Shown one piece after another: positions 26,198-36,279 of a stretch of 50,527 bases of DNA. The stretch is from NCBI GenBank assembly GCA_964560275.1, contig CAZLLG010000001.1, positions 1-50,527 of the forward strand. The letters run 5' to 3'. The notes below the pieces were generated by a model. The model saw only the letters and a program-made list of their open reading frames with translations, did not search any database and was not told where the DNA came from. How positions within the stretch are numbered: the stretch's first letter is position 1; each line of letters begins with the position of its first letter. The stretch comes from an uncultured Eubacteriales bacterium. GTDB lineage: Bacteria; Acidobacteriota; Aminicenantia; Aminicenantales; Aminicenantaceae. A program made the position numbers and the translations under genes.

Positions 26198-28255
26198 TTA
26201 TAACACACTTTCCGGCAAAGCTAGAGTGAGCCTTCTCAGAACAGGATCCACTGCCGCCAGCACGACTCTGACACTGTCGCCCAGTTTAAACGTTTTTCCG
26301 GTTCTTCGATTGACCAGCTGTTTTTCCCTCTTCCGAAAGACATATCCGCCGTCCAAATCCTGGAGTTGGACAAGACCGGAGACTAAATAATCCTCCAGTT
26401 CGATAAACAGTCCTGCCCGAGAGACATGGACGACAATCCCCCCAAATTCATCTCCCAACTTCCCCTTCAGAAAGCGAAAGATCCTCCACTTCACTAGGTC
26501 CTTTTCCGCCTCTTCTGCATTCCTCTCCAATTCAGAACAGTGCCTTGCCGCAGAATCCAGAGCCGGAAGACGGAGGACCTTTTTCTCAAGAGCCCCTTTG
26601 AGAAGACGGTGAACGATTAAGTCGGGATAACGCCTGATTGGAGATGTAAAATGCGTATAGATTGTCTTGGCCAAACCATAGTGCCCTTCATTCTCTGTGG
26701 AATAGACAGCTCGACTCAGGCTTTTTAAGATTTGGATGCTAAGAAATTTCTCTCCTGTCCGGCCGGCCGACTGCTCAAGAACGTGCTGGATATCTTTCGA
26801 CCGGATCCTTTTGTCCCCGGGAAGGGATATCTGAAAAAAAGACAGAATCTCCCGAAGCTGGGCTAAAGCATCCATTGAAGGCGGGGGATGGACACGAAAG
26901 ATCAGTTCGAAGTCTTTTTCCACAAGGAAACGGGCCACTGCTTCATTGGCGGCAATCATGAATTCTTCAATAACACGGTGAGCCTGGTTGCGCGCAAAAA
27001 ATAAAACGGATTGGAGGGTTCCCTCTTTATAGACGAGCTCTGGTTCAAGAAGATCAAAATCCAGGCTCCCTTCTCGCACCCGTTTTCTGCGGATGCGTTC
27101 CGAAAGCTCCAACATGAGAAGAAGATCTGGAACAAGGGAAGCATATTTTCTTCTCTCCTCTTTATCTCCTGAATATATTTTAAAAACCGAGTCATAAGTC
27201 AATCTTTCCTCAGGGTGGATGATCGAAGGATAAAATTCTGAGTTGATCATTTGACCATTCGTGTCTATCGTAAGGAGAACAGACATCGTCAACTTGTCTT
27301 CTCTGGGACGGAGACTGCAGACTTCGTTGGAAATTTTCTCTGGAAACATGGGGAGCGTTAGATCGGGAAAGTACACACTTGTTCCTCGGGCATACGCCTC
27401 TTCGTCCAGAACTGAACCCGGTTGGACATAATTTGAGACATCCGCGATGTGAACTCCCAACATCATATTCCCTTTCTGGAGTTTCCGGACACTCACGGCA
27501 TCGTCAAAATCTTGCGCTTTTTCTCCGTCTATGGTCACGGTCCGCCAATTTCGATAGTCGATTCTGTCTTGTATTTCGTTCTCCGATATTTTTTTGCTGA
27601 TCTCGGCTGTTTCTTCTTTTGCTTGATCAGAAAAAGTGGCTTTCAAGTTAAAATTCCGTATGACAACTTGAGTGTCAACTCCGGAATCATCGGGAAATCC
27701 GAGAACCTCTTGCAAGATATTTGTGTCTCTCTCGACAGCAACGATTGTTCCTTCGAGAAGTTGAAAACCGCTGGTCCCTTGCAGAGGGATATCTTCAACC
27801 TGAGGAGAATCCAGGCTCTGAAAAAAAGGCTGCCCATACCGTTCCCTATAAATGCCCAGGATTTGACTTTTTTTCTTTTGAAGGATGCGGATTATCCGGC
27901 CTTCGGGTTTTCCTTTCCGCCCGAACTCCTTAACAACCACTTCGACAACATCTCCAAGTTGCGCGCTCCCTATGTTTTTGGCATGGATATATATATCATC
28001 CTGAAGTCCCTCTTCGGGTCGTACAAATCCAAATCCCCGTTGACTTGTAACAAAAGTCCCCTGAACAGCATTTGATCTCGGGTGGATAAAATACCTCTTT
28101 TGAAGGAGGAGGATCACTCCTTGATCCTGGAGTTTTTGGAGATTTTTCGTAAGAATTTTTCTTTCTTTAGGAGAGACATGAAGTTTTGCCGCTATTTTCA
28201 AATAGCTCATTCCCTGTTTGTTTTTTTTTAAAAGGGAGATAATCCGAGAGATCAT
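26198..28255 (-). CDS. rnr: ribonuclease R
   Basis: 685-aa ORF with an N-terminal HTH, cold-shock-like domains, an RNB core (TIDGEKAQDFDDA, HYGL...YTHFTSPIRRYPD) and a C-terminal S1 domain. Confidence 0.9.
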   Translation of the reverse strand: MISRIISLLKKNKQGMSYLKIAAKLHVSPKERKILTKNLQKLQDQGVILLLQKRYFIHPRSNAVQGTFVTSQRGFGFVRPEEGLQDDIYIHAKNIGSAQLGDVVEVVVKEFGRKGKPEGRIIRILQKKKSQILGIYRERYGQPFFQSLDSPQVEDIPLQGTSGFQLLEGTIVAVERDTNILQEVLGFPDDSGVDTQVVIRNFNLKATFSDQAKEETAEISKKISENEIQDRIDYRNWRTVTIDGEKAQDFDDAVSVRKLQKGNMMLGVHIADVSNYVQPGSVLDEEAYARGTSVYFPDLTLPMFPEKISNEVCSLRPREDKLTMSVLLTIDTNGQMINSEFYPSIIHPEERLTYDSVFKIYSGDKEERRKYASLVPDLLLMLELSERIRRKRVREGSLDFDLLEPELVYKEGTLQSVLFFARNQAHRVIEEFMIAANEAVARFLVEKDFELIFRVHPPPSMDALAQLREILSFFQISLPGDKRIRSKDIQHVLEQSAGRTGEKFLSIQILKSLSRAVYSTENEGHYGLAKTIYTHFTSPIRRYPDLIVHRLLKGALEKKVLRLPALDSAARHCSELERNAEEAEKDLVKWRIFRFLKGKLGDEFGGIVVHVSRAGLFIELEDYLVSGLVQLQDLDGGYVFRKREKQLVNRRTGKTFKLGDSVRVVLAAVDPVLRRLTLALPESVL

Positions 28256-28263
28256 GGTCCTGC

Positions 28264-28902
28264 TCAGTACAAAAAAGGAGCCACATGAGGGATTTTGTAC
28301 TTGCTCCGCATGAGCTTGATCAACGTGATTTGAAATATTCTCTGAAAATCTTCTTGTTCCACGAGATCTGGAAAACCCTCAGCGGCTTCTTTTTTGGCCT
28401 CCTCTTGATCCTCTGGAGAAGCATGGGCAATCAAAAGGCCTTCGATGTTTTCTTCTGCCCTCTCGAGGTCTTCTTCCTGACAATCCAACAAGATCTCTTT
28501 CACATGGACAAAAGGAGCCTCGAGCCATTTTATTCTCATGGGAATGGTATCTAAAAATTGGGCAACAGCCGCTCCAATAACCTCTTTTTTATTCGCTTTT
28601 GCAGCCTGAGCGTGTCTTTGGCCAACAGTCCTTTCCTGGTACAAAGTAAAGGCTACTTTCACAGAAGGCTCACAGAAAGTCAGCGACCGGATCCTTCCCC
28701 TTGAGCTAGTTCCCTTCCTTTGTTTCTGCTGTCGTTTTGAAAAGGACGACTTGATGCCTTCAAGCACGACACGCAGAGGAATCCCCGCAGCTTCCCATTT
28801 TTCAATGAGAGACAGTTCGTTTGAGGACAGGAAAAATGGTGTTCCCCTAAGTTCAATGAATTTCCGTGCAATCGTCTGGAAGTAGAAGCTCTGGTTGTCC
28901 AT
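28264..28902 (-). CDS. hypothetical protein (weak DnaD-like N-terminal resemblance)
   Basis: 212-aa ORF packed tightly between coaX and rnr. FFLSSNELSLIEKWEAAGIPLRVVLEGI only loosely resembles DnaD-type domains. Confidence 0.55.
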   Translation of the reverse strand: MDNQSFYFQTIARKFIELRGTPFFLSSNELSLIEKWEAAGIPLRVVLEGIKSSFSKRQQKQRKGTSSRGRIRSLTFCEPSVKVAFTLYQERTVGQRHAQAAKANKKEVIGAAVAQFLDTIPMRIKWLEAPFVHVKEILLDCQEEDLERAEENIEGLLIAHASPEDQEEAKKEAAEGFPDLVEQEDFQRIFQITLIKLMRSKYKIPHVAPFLY

Positions 28903-28925
28903 TTTTTTTTGCCCCGCCTTGTTAT

Positions 28926-29693
28926 TCAGGGCGTATTTCGTTCATGAAGAATCCGGAGTCCCTCTAGAACAAGATGGCATTCAAAGATATCGATGTGTTC
29001 AATTTTTTCAGAGATGAGGGAGGCAAATCCACCTGTCGCAATGACTTTGGCTTCTTTCCCCAATTCATCCTTAAATTTGTTTATGATATTGGTCACCAGA
29101 CCGATGTATCCAAAATACAAACCGCTTTGCATGCTGGAAACCGTGGTCCGTCCAATGGCTTTCTTTGGAATTTTAATTTCGATCCGCGGCAGCTTGGCTG
29201 TTTTTAAGGACAGGGCTTCGGCGGCGATCTGGATTCCCGGAGCAATGGCTCCCCCAAGGTATTCACCTTCCGCAGAGATCGCATCAAATGTCGTAGCTGT
29301 CCCAAAATCCACAACAATCACCGGCCCTCCGTATTTTGAAAACGCCGCCACGGAAGAGACAATCCTGTCGGCACCGACTTCAAGAGGATTTTCGTACAGG
29401 ATAGGCATACCGGTTTTCAATCCTGGGCCTACGATCAAGGCTTTGATGTTGAATCGATTCTGGCTCAACTCCTGAAAAACGGGGGTCAAGGGCGGAACTA
29501 CGCTGGAGATGATGACATCACGGATCTCTCCGACAGACACTTCGGACAGGGCAAACAACTTCAGCAGGGTCACCGCGTATTCATCACATGTTGTTTCCCG
29601 CCCAGACTGGATTTTCCAGTGTTTAGAAAGGTTCTGTCCTTGGAAAACACCAATGACGATATTTGTGTTGCCAATGTCTAGGGCTAGAAGCAT
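28926..29693 (-). CDS. coaX: type III pantothenate kinase
   Basis: 255-aa ORF starting MLLALDIGNTN, with VDFGTATTFD and an ASKHA fold pattern. Confidence 0.9.
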   Translation of the reverse strand: MLLALDIGNTNIVIGVFQGQNLSKHWKIQSGRETTCDEYAVTLLKLFALSEVSVGEIRDVIISSVVPPLTPVFQELSQNRFNIKALIVGPGLKTGMPILYENPLEVGADRIVSSVAAFSKYGGPVIVVDFGTATTFDAISAEGEYLGGAIAPGIQIAAEALSLKTAKLPRIEIKIPKKAIGRTTVSSMQSGLYFGYIGLVTNIINKFKDELGKEAKVIATGGFASLISEKIEHIDIFECHLVLEGLRILHERNTP

Positions 29694-29694
29694 T

Positions 29695-30450
29695 TCAATT
29701 CTCCTTTGCTTCCTGGAGTGATTTCAAGTCAACAGAAAAATAGGCGCGGATTCCATCTCGGGTTTCCAGGACAACTCCTCCTTGATGATTTACACCCTTA
29801 AAAGTTCCGAGCACCTCCCCGTTCTCTGTAAGGGCGACAAGCTTCTGGCCTAGGGCATAACACGAAGATTCCATGAAGGATGAAATTATGATGTCTGTCT
29901 TTTTTTGCACGTAAAAATCATACCAGATTTCGAGCGTTTTCCATAAGTTTAGAAGGAATAAATCTGTGTTGACATCTCCATGTTTGATTTGCTTTATCGA
30001 GATGGCGGTCTCTCTGACGCTTGCCGGAAAGTCCTTTTCACTATGGTTTATATTTATACCGATCCCAACAACAACAAAGTTAAGTTGATTGCCAATAAAA
30101 CTGCTCTCGCTAAGGATCCCTCCCAACTTTTTTCCCTCCCAAAGAAGATCGTTGGGCCATTTTAGACAGGTTTTTACCCCTAATGTATCCCAGAGGACAT
30201 CGGCAACGGCCAGTCCGGCAGTCAGCGTGAGGAGGGAGACTTCAGGTTGCGACGGGCGAAAAAGGACGGAAAGATAGAGCCCTTTTCCACGAGATGAAAA
30301 CCAGTGACGCAGGAATCTTCCCTTTCCCGAAGTCTGTTCCTCAGCGATGACAACCGTTCCCTCCTTTGCCCCTTGAGCGGCCATATCTTTGACAGCATCG
30401 TTTGTGGACGTACAGGCCGGTAAAAAATAGATAGGCTCACCGATTTTCAT
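29695..30450 (-). CDS. birA: biotin--[acetyl-CoA-carboxylase] ligase (class I, no HTH)
   Basis: 251-aa ORF with the GKGRFLRHWFS (GRGRxGRxW-type) and KWPNDL motifs. Confidence 0.85.
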   Translation of the reverse strand: MKIGEPIYFLPACTSTNDAVKDMAAQGAKEGTVVIAEEQTSGKGRFLRHWFSSRGKGLYLSVLFRPSQPEVSLLTLTAGLAVADVLWDTLGVKTCLKWPNDLLWEGKKLGGILSESSFIGNQLNFVVVGIGININHSEKDFPASVRETAISIKQIKHGDVNTDLFLLNLWKTLEIWYDFYVQKKTDIIISSFMESSCYALGQKLVALTENGEVLGTFKGVNHQGGVVLETRDGIRAYFSVDLKSLQEAKEN

Positions 30451-30471
30451 CCCCCCTTTCGTACCTCCAAT

Positions 30472-31011
30472 CTATTCTTCCTTTTTAAGGCCCTTGAGAT
30501 CGTGTGCCCTCAGTCGATTGACAATTCGGTTTTCACTTTCACGAATAGACTCAGCTATCATGTTTTTTATCTTATCCTCTAATTCTGCAACAATGGAAAG
30601 TTCCCTGGAAGGAACCGGTTCCTCTGGAAGCGTCTGAGGATCATGCTTTCCCCCCAGCATTTTGCGAATTTTTCGCAGCAAGGCCATGGAGTCGAAAGGT
30701 TCCTCTAGAAGCTCTCTGTATTCAAGCCCTCCTAGTCTCTCTTCATCGACACGATCAAATGCCCCTTTAAGGAGAAATAGCGGAATCGCTTTAAATCGCT
30801 CTTGGCTGTTCAGAAAACGGCAGACATCATATCCATCCTTGGAATCGAGGAACAGGTTTAATAGGATCACATCAGGCTGAATGGACACCAGCTCTGCAAT
30901 CATCTCGCGGCCATCCGAGAAGGTGAAAATATCGAATTCTGTGCCAGGAAATGCCGTCTTGATGGCCGTCAAGACCGAAGGTGTACAGTCAGCAAGAATT
31001 AGCTTATTCAT
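30472..31011 (-). CDS. receiver-domain-like protein with degenerate phosphoacceptor site
   Basis: 179-aa ORF with a CheY-like (beta-alpha)5 pattern. Asn sits at the Asp57-equivalent position (DVILLNLFL). Confidence 0.7.
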   Translation of the reverse strand: MNKLILADCTPSVLTAIKTAFPGTEFDIFTFSDGREMIAELVSIQPDVILLNLFLDSKDGYDVCRFLNSQERFKAIPLFLLKGAFDRVDEERLGGLEYRELLEEPFDSMALLRKIRKMLGGKHDPQTLPEEPVPSRELSIVAELEDKIKNMIAESIRESENRIVNRLRAHDLKGLKKEE

Positions 31012-31013
31012 GT

Positions 31014-34000
31014 CTAGTATTCTATCAGAACAGAGTCCTCCCCTAAAAGAGACTCGACGCTCTTGGTAAACTCCTCGGACGGTTTGACACTCTGCGCTTC
31101 GATGGACTGCACAACCATTCGGTATGAATGTGGAGTCTGCAGATCAAACAGGACAGGACAACCTCCATGGTGTTTGTCCAAGATTGTCTTGAGTTCCGTA
31201 AAGATAGTGTCCTCTAATCCCGGGAGGAAAATCTTCAAGACAACTCTTTTTGCATGTTTTTCGAAAGCCTCCGCTAGCGGAGTGATCTGAGAGAGATGAA
31301 TCCTCCGTCCTTCTCCCTCCCCCAAAAACTTGCCCTTCACAAGGACCATAAGATCTTCCCGTAGATGTTCATAGAACTTCTGGAAAAAATCCGGAAAGAC
31401 AACCACTTCGATCCGGCCGGTCAGGTCCTCGAGCATAAACGTGGCCATGCGCTCGTCTTTTTTTGTCTTGAGCGGTTTGATGGAGGCAATGATACCTGCA
31501 AATCGGATCTCGCTGTTGAAATCAGCATTCTCATCCACTTCTCCAATGTCATGAGAGGTCAGGCGTTTCAATTTTTTTCCAAACTGTGCCAAAGGATGCC
31601 CGGTGATATAAAAACCCAGGGCATCTTTTTCATATGATAGAAACAAAGGCTCATCCCACTCTCTCATGGCCTTGATCTCAGAGGGAACCTCAGGAGGATC
31701 GACCTGTCCCTTCCCAAAGAGGGAGGACTGCTTCGAGGACTTCATTTTTTGCAGATCATGGGCATAATCGATCATCTTATCCACAAGATGGAAGAGCTGC
31801 GACCTTTTCCATCCCAGGGAATCCAGTGATCCGGACTTTATCAGGCTTTCGATCACTTTCCGGTTGACCGCCTTCGAATCCAAATCCTCAAATATATCAA
31901 AGGGCGAGGAAAATTTTCCCTTCTTCTCTCTGGATTCAATGATCGCCTGGATAGCTCCTTCCCCTACGTTCTTTACCGCAGAAAGCCCGAACCGGATGTT
32001 GCCCTCGGATTCCGTGAAGTTAAAATCACTGGCATTGATATCGGGAGGAAGCACTTCAATCCCCATTTCTTTGCACTCATTGATATACTTGACCAGCTGA
32101 GACGTCGCACCTCTCTCCGCTTCAGATGTCAAAAGTGCAGCCAAAAAATACACAGGATAATGGGTTTTTAGGTAGGCTGTCCTAAAGGCCAGATAGGCAT
32201 AGGCCGCACTGTGAGACTTATTGAATCCATAACCGGCAAAGTAATTGATCTGTTCAAATATTTTGCTGGCTTTGGAATGATTTAATCCATTCTCTTTGGC
32301 CCCCTGAATAAACCGCTGCTTTTGGGCCTTCATAACCGATGTTTTTTTCTTCCCCATCGCTTTGCGTAGAATATCGGCCTCGGCCATTGAAAATCCGGCC
32401 AGGGCTGTGGCGATCTGCATCACCTGTTCCTGATAGACTATGAGGCCCTTTGTCTCCTCGAGAATCTTTTCAAGCTCTGGCGCTTCATAATTGACGCGGT
32501 CCGGATGATGTTTGCACTTTATGAATTCATCGGTCATCCCGCTCTTTAAAGGGCCCCGGCGATAGAGCGCATTCATGGCGATCAGATCACGGAAGTTTTC
32601 CGGTTTGTACTTTCTTAAAAGATCCTTCATGCCCGGACTTTCGAATTGGAAAACCCCATCCGTATTGCCCGCCTGGAAGAGGGCAAATGTTTTTTCGTCA
32701 TCCAAAGGGATTTCATCGAGGCTAAGTGTCTGGCCGGTGCTCTTTTTGATGATCTCAACTGTATCTTTGATGACGGTCAGGTTGCGCAGACCCAGTAAAT
32801 CCATCTTCAGGAGACCGATGGCTTCGATGTCTCCCATTGGAAACTGAGTAGTGATTTCCCCTTTGGTTGACTGGTAGATGGGCATAAACTCCACAATCGG
32901 AGTTGGCGTGATAACGATCCCGGCTGCATGAATGGAGGGATGGCGGACCTGTCCTTCCAGCTTTTGCGCATTGACTAAAAGATTCGCGATTTTTGTGTTG
33001 TGATCTCTCAGTTCTTTCAACGGCTTGATCGTTTTTAATGCCCTCTCGATCGTTGCATCGGGGCCAAAGGGAGGAATCATTTTGGCAATCTTGTCCACCT
33101 CTGGCAGAGGGACCTCTAGTGCCCGTCCCACATCCCGGACGGCTCCGCGTGCAGCCATAGTGCCAAAGGTGATGATTTGACAGACATTTTCCCTGCCGTA
33201 CTTACTCGTCACGTAGGAAAGAATTTCATCCCGCCGCCGCCCGCAAAAATCGATATCAATGTCAGGCAAACTGATCCGTTCGGGATTGAGGAACCGCTCA
33301 AAGATGAGCCCAAACTCAATGGGATCTATATCCGTAATTCCCAGACTAAAAGCAAGGAGACTTCCGGCCGCAGACCCTCTCCCTGGACCGACGGGAATAC
33401 TCAGAGTTTTTGCTTCCCGGATGAGGTCCCACACGATCATAAAGTAGCCCTCAAATCCCATCTCTTTGACCAAGCGGATTTCCCTTTCTAGACGCTTCTC
33501 GTACTCCTCCAGATCAGGAAGCTCCGCTTTTTCCCGAGTCTCCACAAGCGCCTTCATCCGCTTTTTAAATCCTTCTTTGGCGATACGTTCAAAATACTCC
33601 CCCAACTCCATACCTTCTGGAGCCTTAAACTGAGGAAGGAAATAACCAGACCCTGAGCTCGAGGGAAATTCAAAATTGCATCGGGATGCAATCTTGGTAG
33701 AGTTGTTCACTGCATCGGGAACGTCCGCAAACAATTCGATCATCTCTTCTCCAGATTTGAAATAGAACTCATGTGAGCCGAAGCGGATCCGCTCCTGATC
33801 TGACACTTTTTTGTTTGTCTGAATACAGAGCAGGATATCATGGCTCTCCCAATCCTCTTTACGGCGATAATGGACATCATTTGTCGCAATGAGGGGGATG
33901 TCAAGTTTGCGGGCCAGTTTTATAAGAAGCGGATTGATCTTTTTCTGCTCGTCTAAACCATGGTCTTGAATTTCAATATAAAAATCCCCTTGGGGAAACA

Positions 34001-34505
34001 ATGACGCATACTCACGCGCGGTTTCTTCAGCTTTGTCCTCAAATCCCAATCCCAGGTAATAACTGATTTCTCCTTTTAGACACCCGGATAAGGCAATGAA
34101 ACCTTCGCTGTGCCGGGCAAGCAGTTCTTTATCAATTCTAGGCCTGTAGTAAAATCCTTCCAGGTAGCTGTGTGTGATTAGCTGACAAAGGTTCCTGTAC
34201 CCCATTTCGTTCTTGACAAGGAGAACGATATGGAGATGTCTCGGGCCGCGTGCTTCCGGATTTTTGTCGAACCGGCTCTTAGGTGCGACATAAACTTCAC
34301 ATCCTAGGATGGGCTTGACTTTTCGTTCCTTCGCCTCTCGGAAAAAACTAACGGCCCCAAATATATTCCCGTGATCGGTCAAGGCTACGGCTGGCATGTT
34401 ATTTTCGTATGCAGCATCCACAATGGCCTGTGTTTTCCATGCCCCATCCAGGATGCTGAATTCAGAATGGGTGTGAAGATGAATAAATGAAGCGCCCATG
34501 ATCAT
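31014..34505 (-). CDS. dnaE: DNA polymerase III subunit alpha
   Basis: About 1163 aa with a PHP domain (FIHLHTHSEFSILDG), palm/fingers and an OB fold. The ORF-track GTG at 34511 is possible, but the ATG at 34505 forms an ATGA overlap with the guaA stop. Confidence 0.95.
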   Translation of the reverse strand: MIMGASFIHLHTHSEFSILDGAWKTQAIVDAAYENNMPAVALTDHGNIFGAVSFFREAKERKVKPILGCEVYVAPKSRFDKNPEARGPRHLHIVLLVKNEMGYRNLCQLITHSYLEGFYYRPRIDKELLARHSEGFIALSGCLKGEISYYLGLGFEDKAEETAREYASLFPQGDFYIEIQDHGLDEQKKINPLLIKLARKLDIPLIATNDVHYRRKEDWESHDILLCIQTNKKVSDQERIRFGSHEFYFKSGEEMIELFADVPDAVNNSTKIASRCNFEFPSSSGSGYFLPQFKAPEGMELGEYFERIAKEGFKKRMKALVETREKAELPDLEEYEKRLEREIRLVKEMGFEGYFMIVWDLIREAKTLSIPVGPGRGSAAGSLLAFSLGITDIDPIEFGLIFERFLNPERISLPDIDIDFCGRRRDEILSYVTSKYGRENVCQIITFGTMAARGAVRDVGRALEVPLPEVDKIAKMIPPFGPDATIERALKTIKPLKELRDHNTKIANLLVNAQKLEGQVRHPSIHAAGIVITPTPIVEFMPIYQSTKGEITTQFPMGDIEAIGLLKMDLLGLRNLTVIKDTVEIIKKSTGQTLSLDEIPLDDEKTFALFQAGNTDGVFQFESPGMKDLLRKYKPENFRDLIAMNALYRRGPLKSGMTDEFIKCKHHPDRVNYEAPELEKILEETKGLIVYQEQVMQIATALAGFSMAEADILRKAMGKKKTSVMKAQKQRFIQGAKENGLNHSKASKIFEQINYFAGYGFNKSHSAAYAYLAFRTAYLKTHYPVYFLAALLTSEAERGATSQLVKYINECKEMGIEVLPPDINASDFNFTESEGNIRFGLSAVKNVGEGAIQAIIESREKKGKFSSPFDIFEDLDSKAVNRKVIESLIKSGSLDSLGWKRSQLFHLVDKMIDYAHDLQKMKSSKQSSLFGKGQVDPPEVPSEIKAMREWDEPLFLSYEKDALGFYITGHPLAQFGKKLKRLTSHDIGEVDENADFNSEIRFAGIIASIKPLKTKKDERMATFMLEDLTGRIEVVVFPDFFQKFYEHLREDLMVLVKGKFLGEGEGRRIHLSQITPLAEAFEKHAKRVVLKIFLPGLEDTIFTELKTILDKHHGGCPVLFDLQTPHSYRMVVQSIEAQSVKPSEEFTKSVESLLGEDSVLIEY

Positions 34506-36034
34506 TCCCACTCAATAGTAGCAGGAGGCTTGGATGTGATGTCATACACCACCCGGTTTACCCCTTTAACTTCGTTGACGATTCGGTTGGAGATCTTATT
34601 CAAAAGCAATGGTTCTGCAGGATACCAGTTGGCTGTCATCCCATCCACACTCTGAACAAGCCGGATGACAACAACCCTCTGGTACGTCCTGCGGTCGCCC
34701 ATGACTCCAACAGACCGAACAGGAAGCAGAACTGTAAATGCCTGCCACAGCTTTTTATAAAGCCCTGACCGAAAAATCTCATCAAGTAGCACACTGTCTG
34801 CCTCTCGCAGAATTCTCAGTCTCTCGCGTGTGACCTCTCCCACAATTCTGACGGCCAGCCCTGGTCCTGGAAAAGGATGTTGCTGGATAAAATCCTTGTC
34901 CACACCCAATTCCTCGCCAAGTGCCCGCACTTCGTCTTTGAACAGTTCCCGTAGGGGCTCGACAAGCTTAAATTTTAAGCCCTTTGGAAGGCCTCCCACA
35001 TTATGGTGGGATTTGATGCTGGATGAAGGGCCTTTCACAGGACTGCTCTCGATGACGTCCGGATAAATCGTTCCCTGTGCTAGATATTGGACACTCCCGA
35101 TCTTGGCCGCTTCCCTCTCAAAGATCTCGATGAAGACTTTTCCGATGATTTTTCTCTTTCTCTCGGGAGACGCAATTCTTTCAAGCCTTTGAAGGAAGTC
35201 CTCTGTGGCGTTCACTCCGATCACATTCAATGAAAATTTTTCCCGGAATTTGTCCATAAGGTCCTGGTACTGCCCCTTCCGCAGCAGCCCATTGTCGACA
35301 AAAATACATGTGAGATTATTCCCGATGGCCTTGTGGATGATGAGTGAAGCAACCAGAGAGTCAACCCCTCCACTCAAACCGCAGATGACCTTCCCAGCCG
35401 ACACCTGTCTGCGAATGCTATCGGCTTCCCTGTGGATGAAAGACTCCATCGTCCAATCGGGCTTAACACCGGCTTGAGAAAAGATGAAGTTGGACAGGAT
35501 CTTTTTTCCCTGTTTGGTATGAATGACCTCAGGATGAAACTGAACACCAAACAATTTTTTCTCTTGGTTTTCAATTACGGAAGCTTTTGAATTGGACGTC
35601 AATCCGGTAACGACAAATCCATCAGGAACCCTGTTGACTTTATCTCCATGACTCATCCAGACCTGGGTGTCACTTCGCATTCCAGCCAGAAGCCCTCGTC
35701 TGTTTTTGACAACAAGGGTCGCAAATCCGTACTCTCTTTTCGTCGAGGGCGCGACTTTGCCACCCAATACATGCGCCATGAGCTGCAGCCCGTAGCAGAT
35801 ACCCAACACAGGAATTCCAAGCAAAAATATTTTTTCCGTAACCAGCGGCGCCTCTTCCGCATACACGCTGCTGGGCCCTCCGGAAAAAATAATTGCCTGA
35901 GGATTTTCTTTTTTGATCCTAGATAGGGAAACATTAAAAGGGAATATTTCAGAGAAAACTCCGAGTTCCCTAACCTTGCGGGCAATGAGTTGAGTGTATT
36001 GTGAGCCGAAATCGAGGACTAAAACCTTATCCAT
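34502..36034 (-). CDS. guaA: GMP synthase (glutamine-hydrolysing)
   Basis: 510-aa ORF with a GATase domain (LDFGSQYTQLIARKVRE, GICYG) and an ATP-PPase SGGVDS motif. Confidence 0.95.
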   Translation of the reverse strand: MDKVLVLDFGSQYTQLIARKVRELGVFSEIFPFNVSLSRIKKENPQAIIFSGGPSSVYAEEAPLVTEKIFLLGIPVLGICYGLQLMAHVLGGKVAPSTKREYGFATLVVKNRRGLLAGMRSDTQVWMSHGDKVNRVPDGFVVTGLTSNSKASVIENQEKKLFGVQFHPEVIHTKQGKKILSNFIFSQAGVKPDWTMESFIHREADSIRRQVSAGKVICGLSGGVDSLVASLIIHKAIGNNLTCIFVDNGLLRKGQYQDLMDKFREKFSLNVIGVNATEDFLQRLERIASPERKRKIIGKVFIEIFEREAAKIGSVQYLAQGTIYPDVIESSPVKGPSSSIKSHHNVGGLPKGLKFKLVEPLRELFKDEVRALGEELGVDKDFIQQHPFPGPGLAVRIVGEVTRERLRILREADSVLLDEIFRSGLYKKLWQAFTVLLPVRSVGVMGDRRTYQRVVVIRLVQSVDGMTANWYPAEPLLLNKISNRIVNEVKGVNRVVYDITSKPPATIEWE

Positions 36035-36104
36035 GTATAGATTTTATCAGAAAAATTTTCAGCACGCTAGAAAAAACGTCAGAAAACCTGAAGGAGTCAC
36101 GAAA

Positions 36105-36234
36105 CGGGACAGGATTTCAGACCAAACGAGGGGGGAGCACGGGGGTATCTTATCCCGGAGCGTATGGTGGCGAGGTGGGCGGGTCTTGGCGCAGGGAAAG
36201 ATACCCCCGTGCAGGGTACCGCCCCTCTTGGACT
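36105..36234 (+). repeat. short copy (R2) of the R1 element, containing a perfect 15-bp inverted repeat
   Basis: It shares CGGGACAGGA (left end), GGTGGGCGGGTCTT-5 nt-AGGGAAAGATAC and GGTA..CCCC..GACTT (right end) with R1. GCACGGGGGTATCTT (36137-36151) is the exact reverse complement of 36198-36212. Confidence 0.5.
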
Positions 36235-36241
36235 TGGCTCA

Positions 36242-36270
36242 TTGACTTGAAGGGACAAATTTCTTAAGAT
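36242..36270 (+). promoter_or_regulatory. sigma70-type promoter of apgM (TTGACT-17 nt-TAAGAT), near-leaderless geometry
   Basis: TTGACT 36242-47, 17-nt spacer, TAAGAT 36265-70. The ATG at 36280 is only 9 nt past the -10 and no SD is present. Confidence 0.45.
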
Positions 36271-36279
36271 GATTATCTG

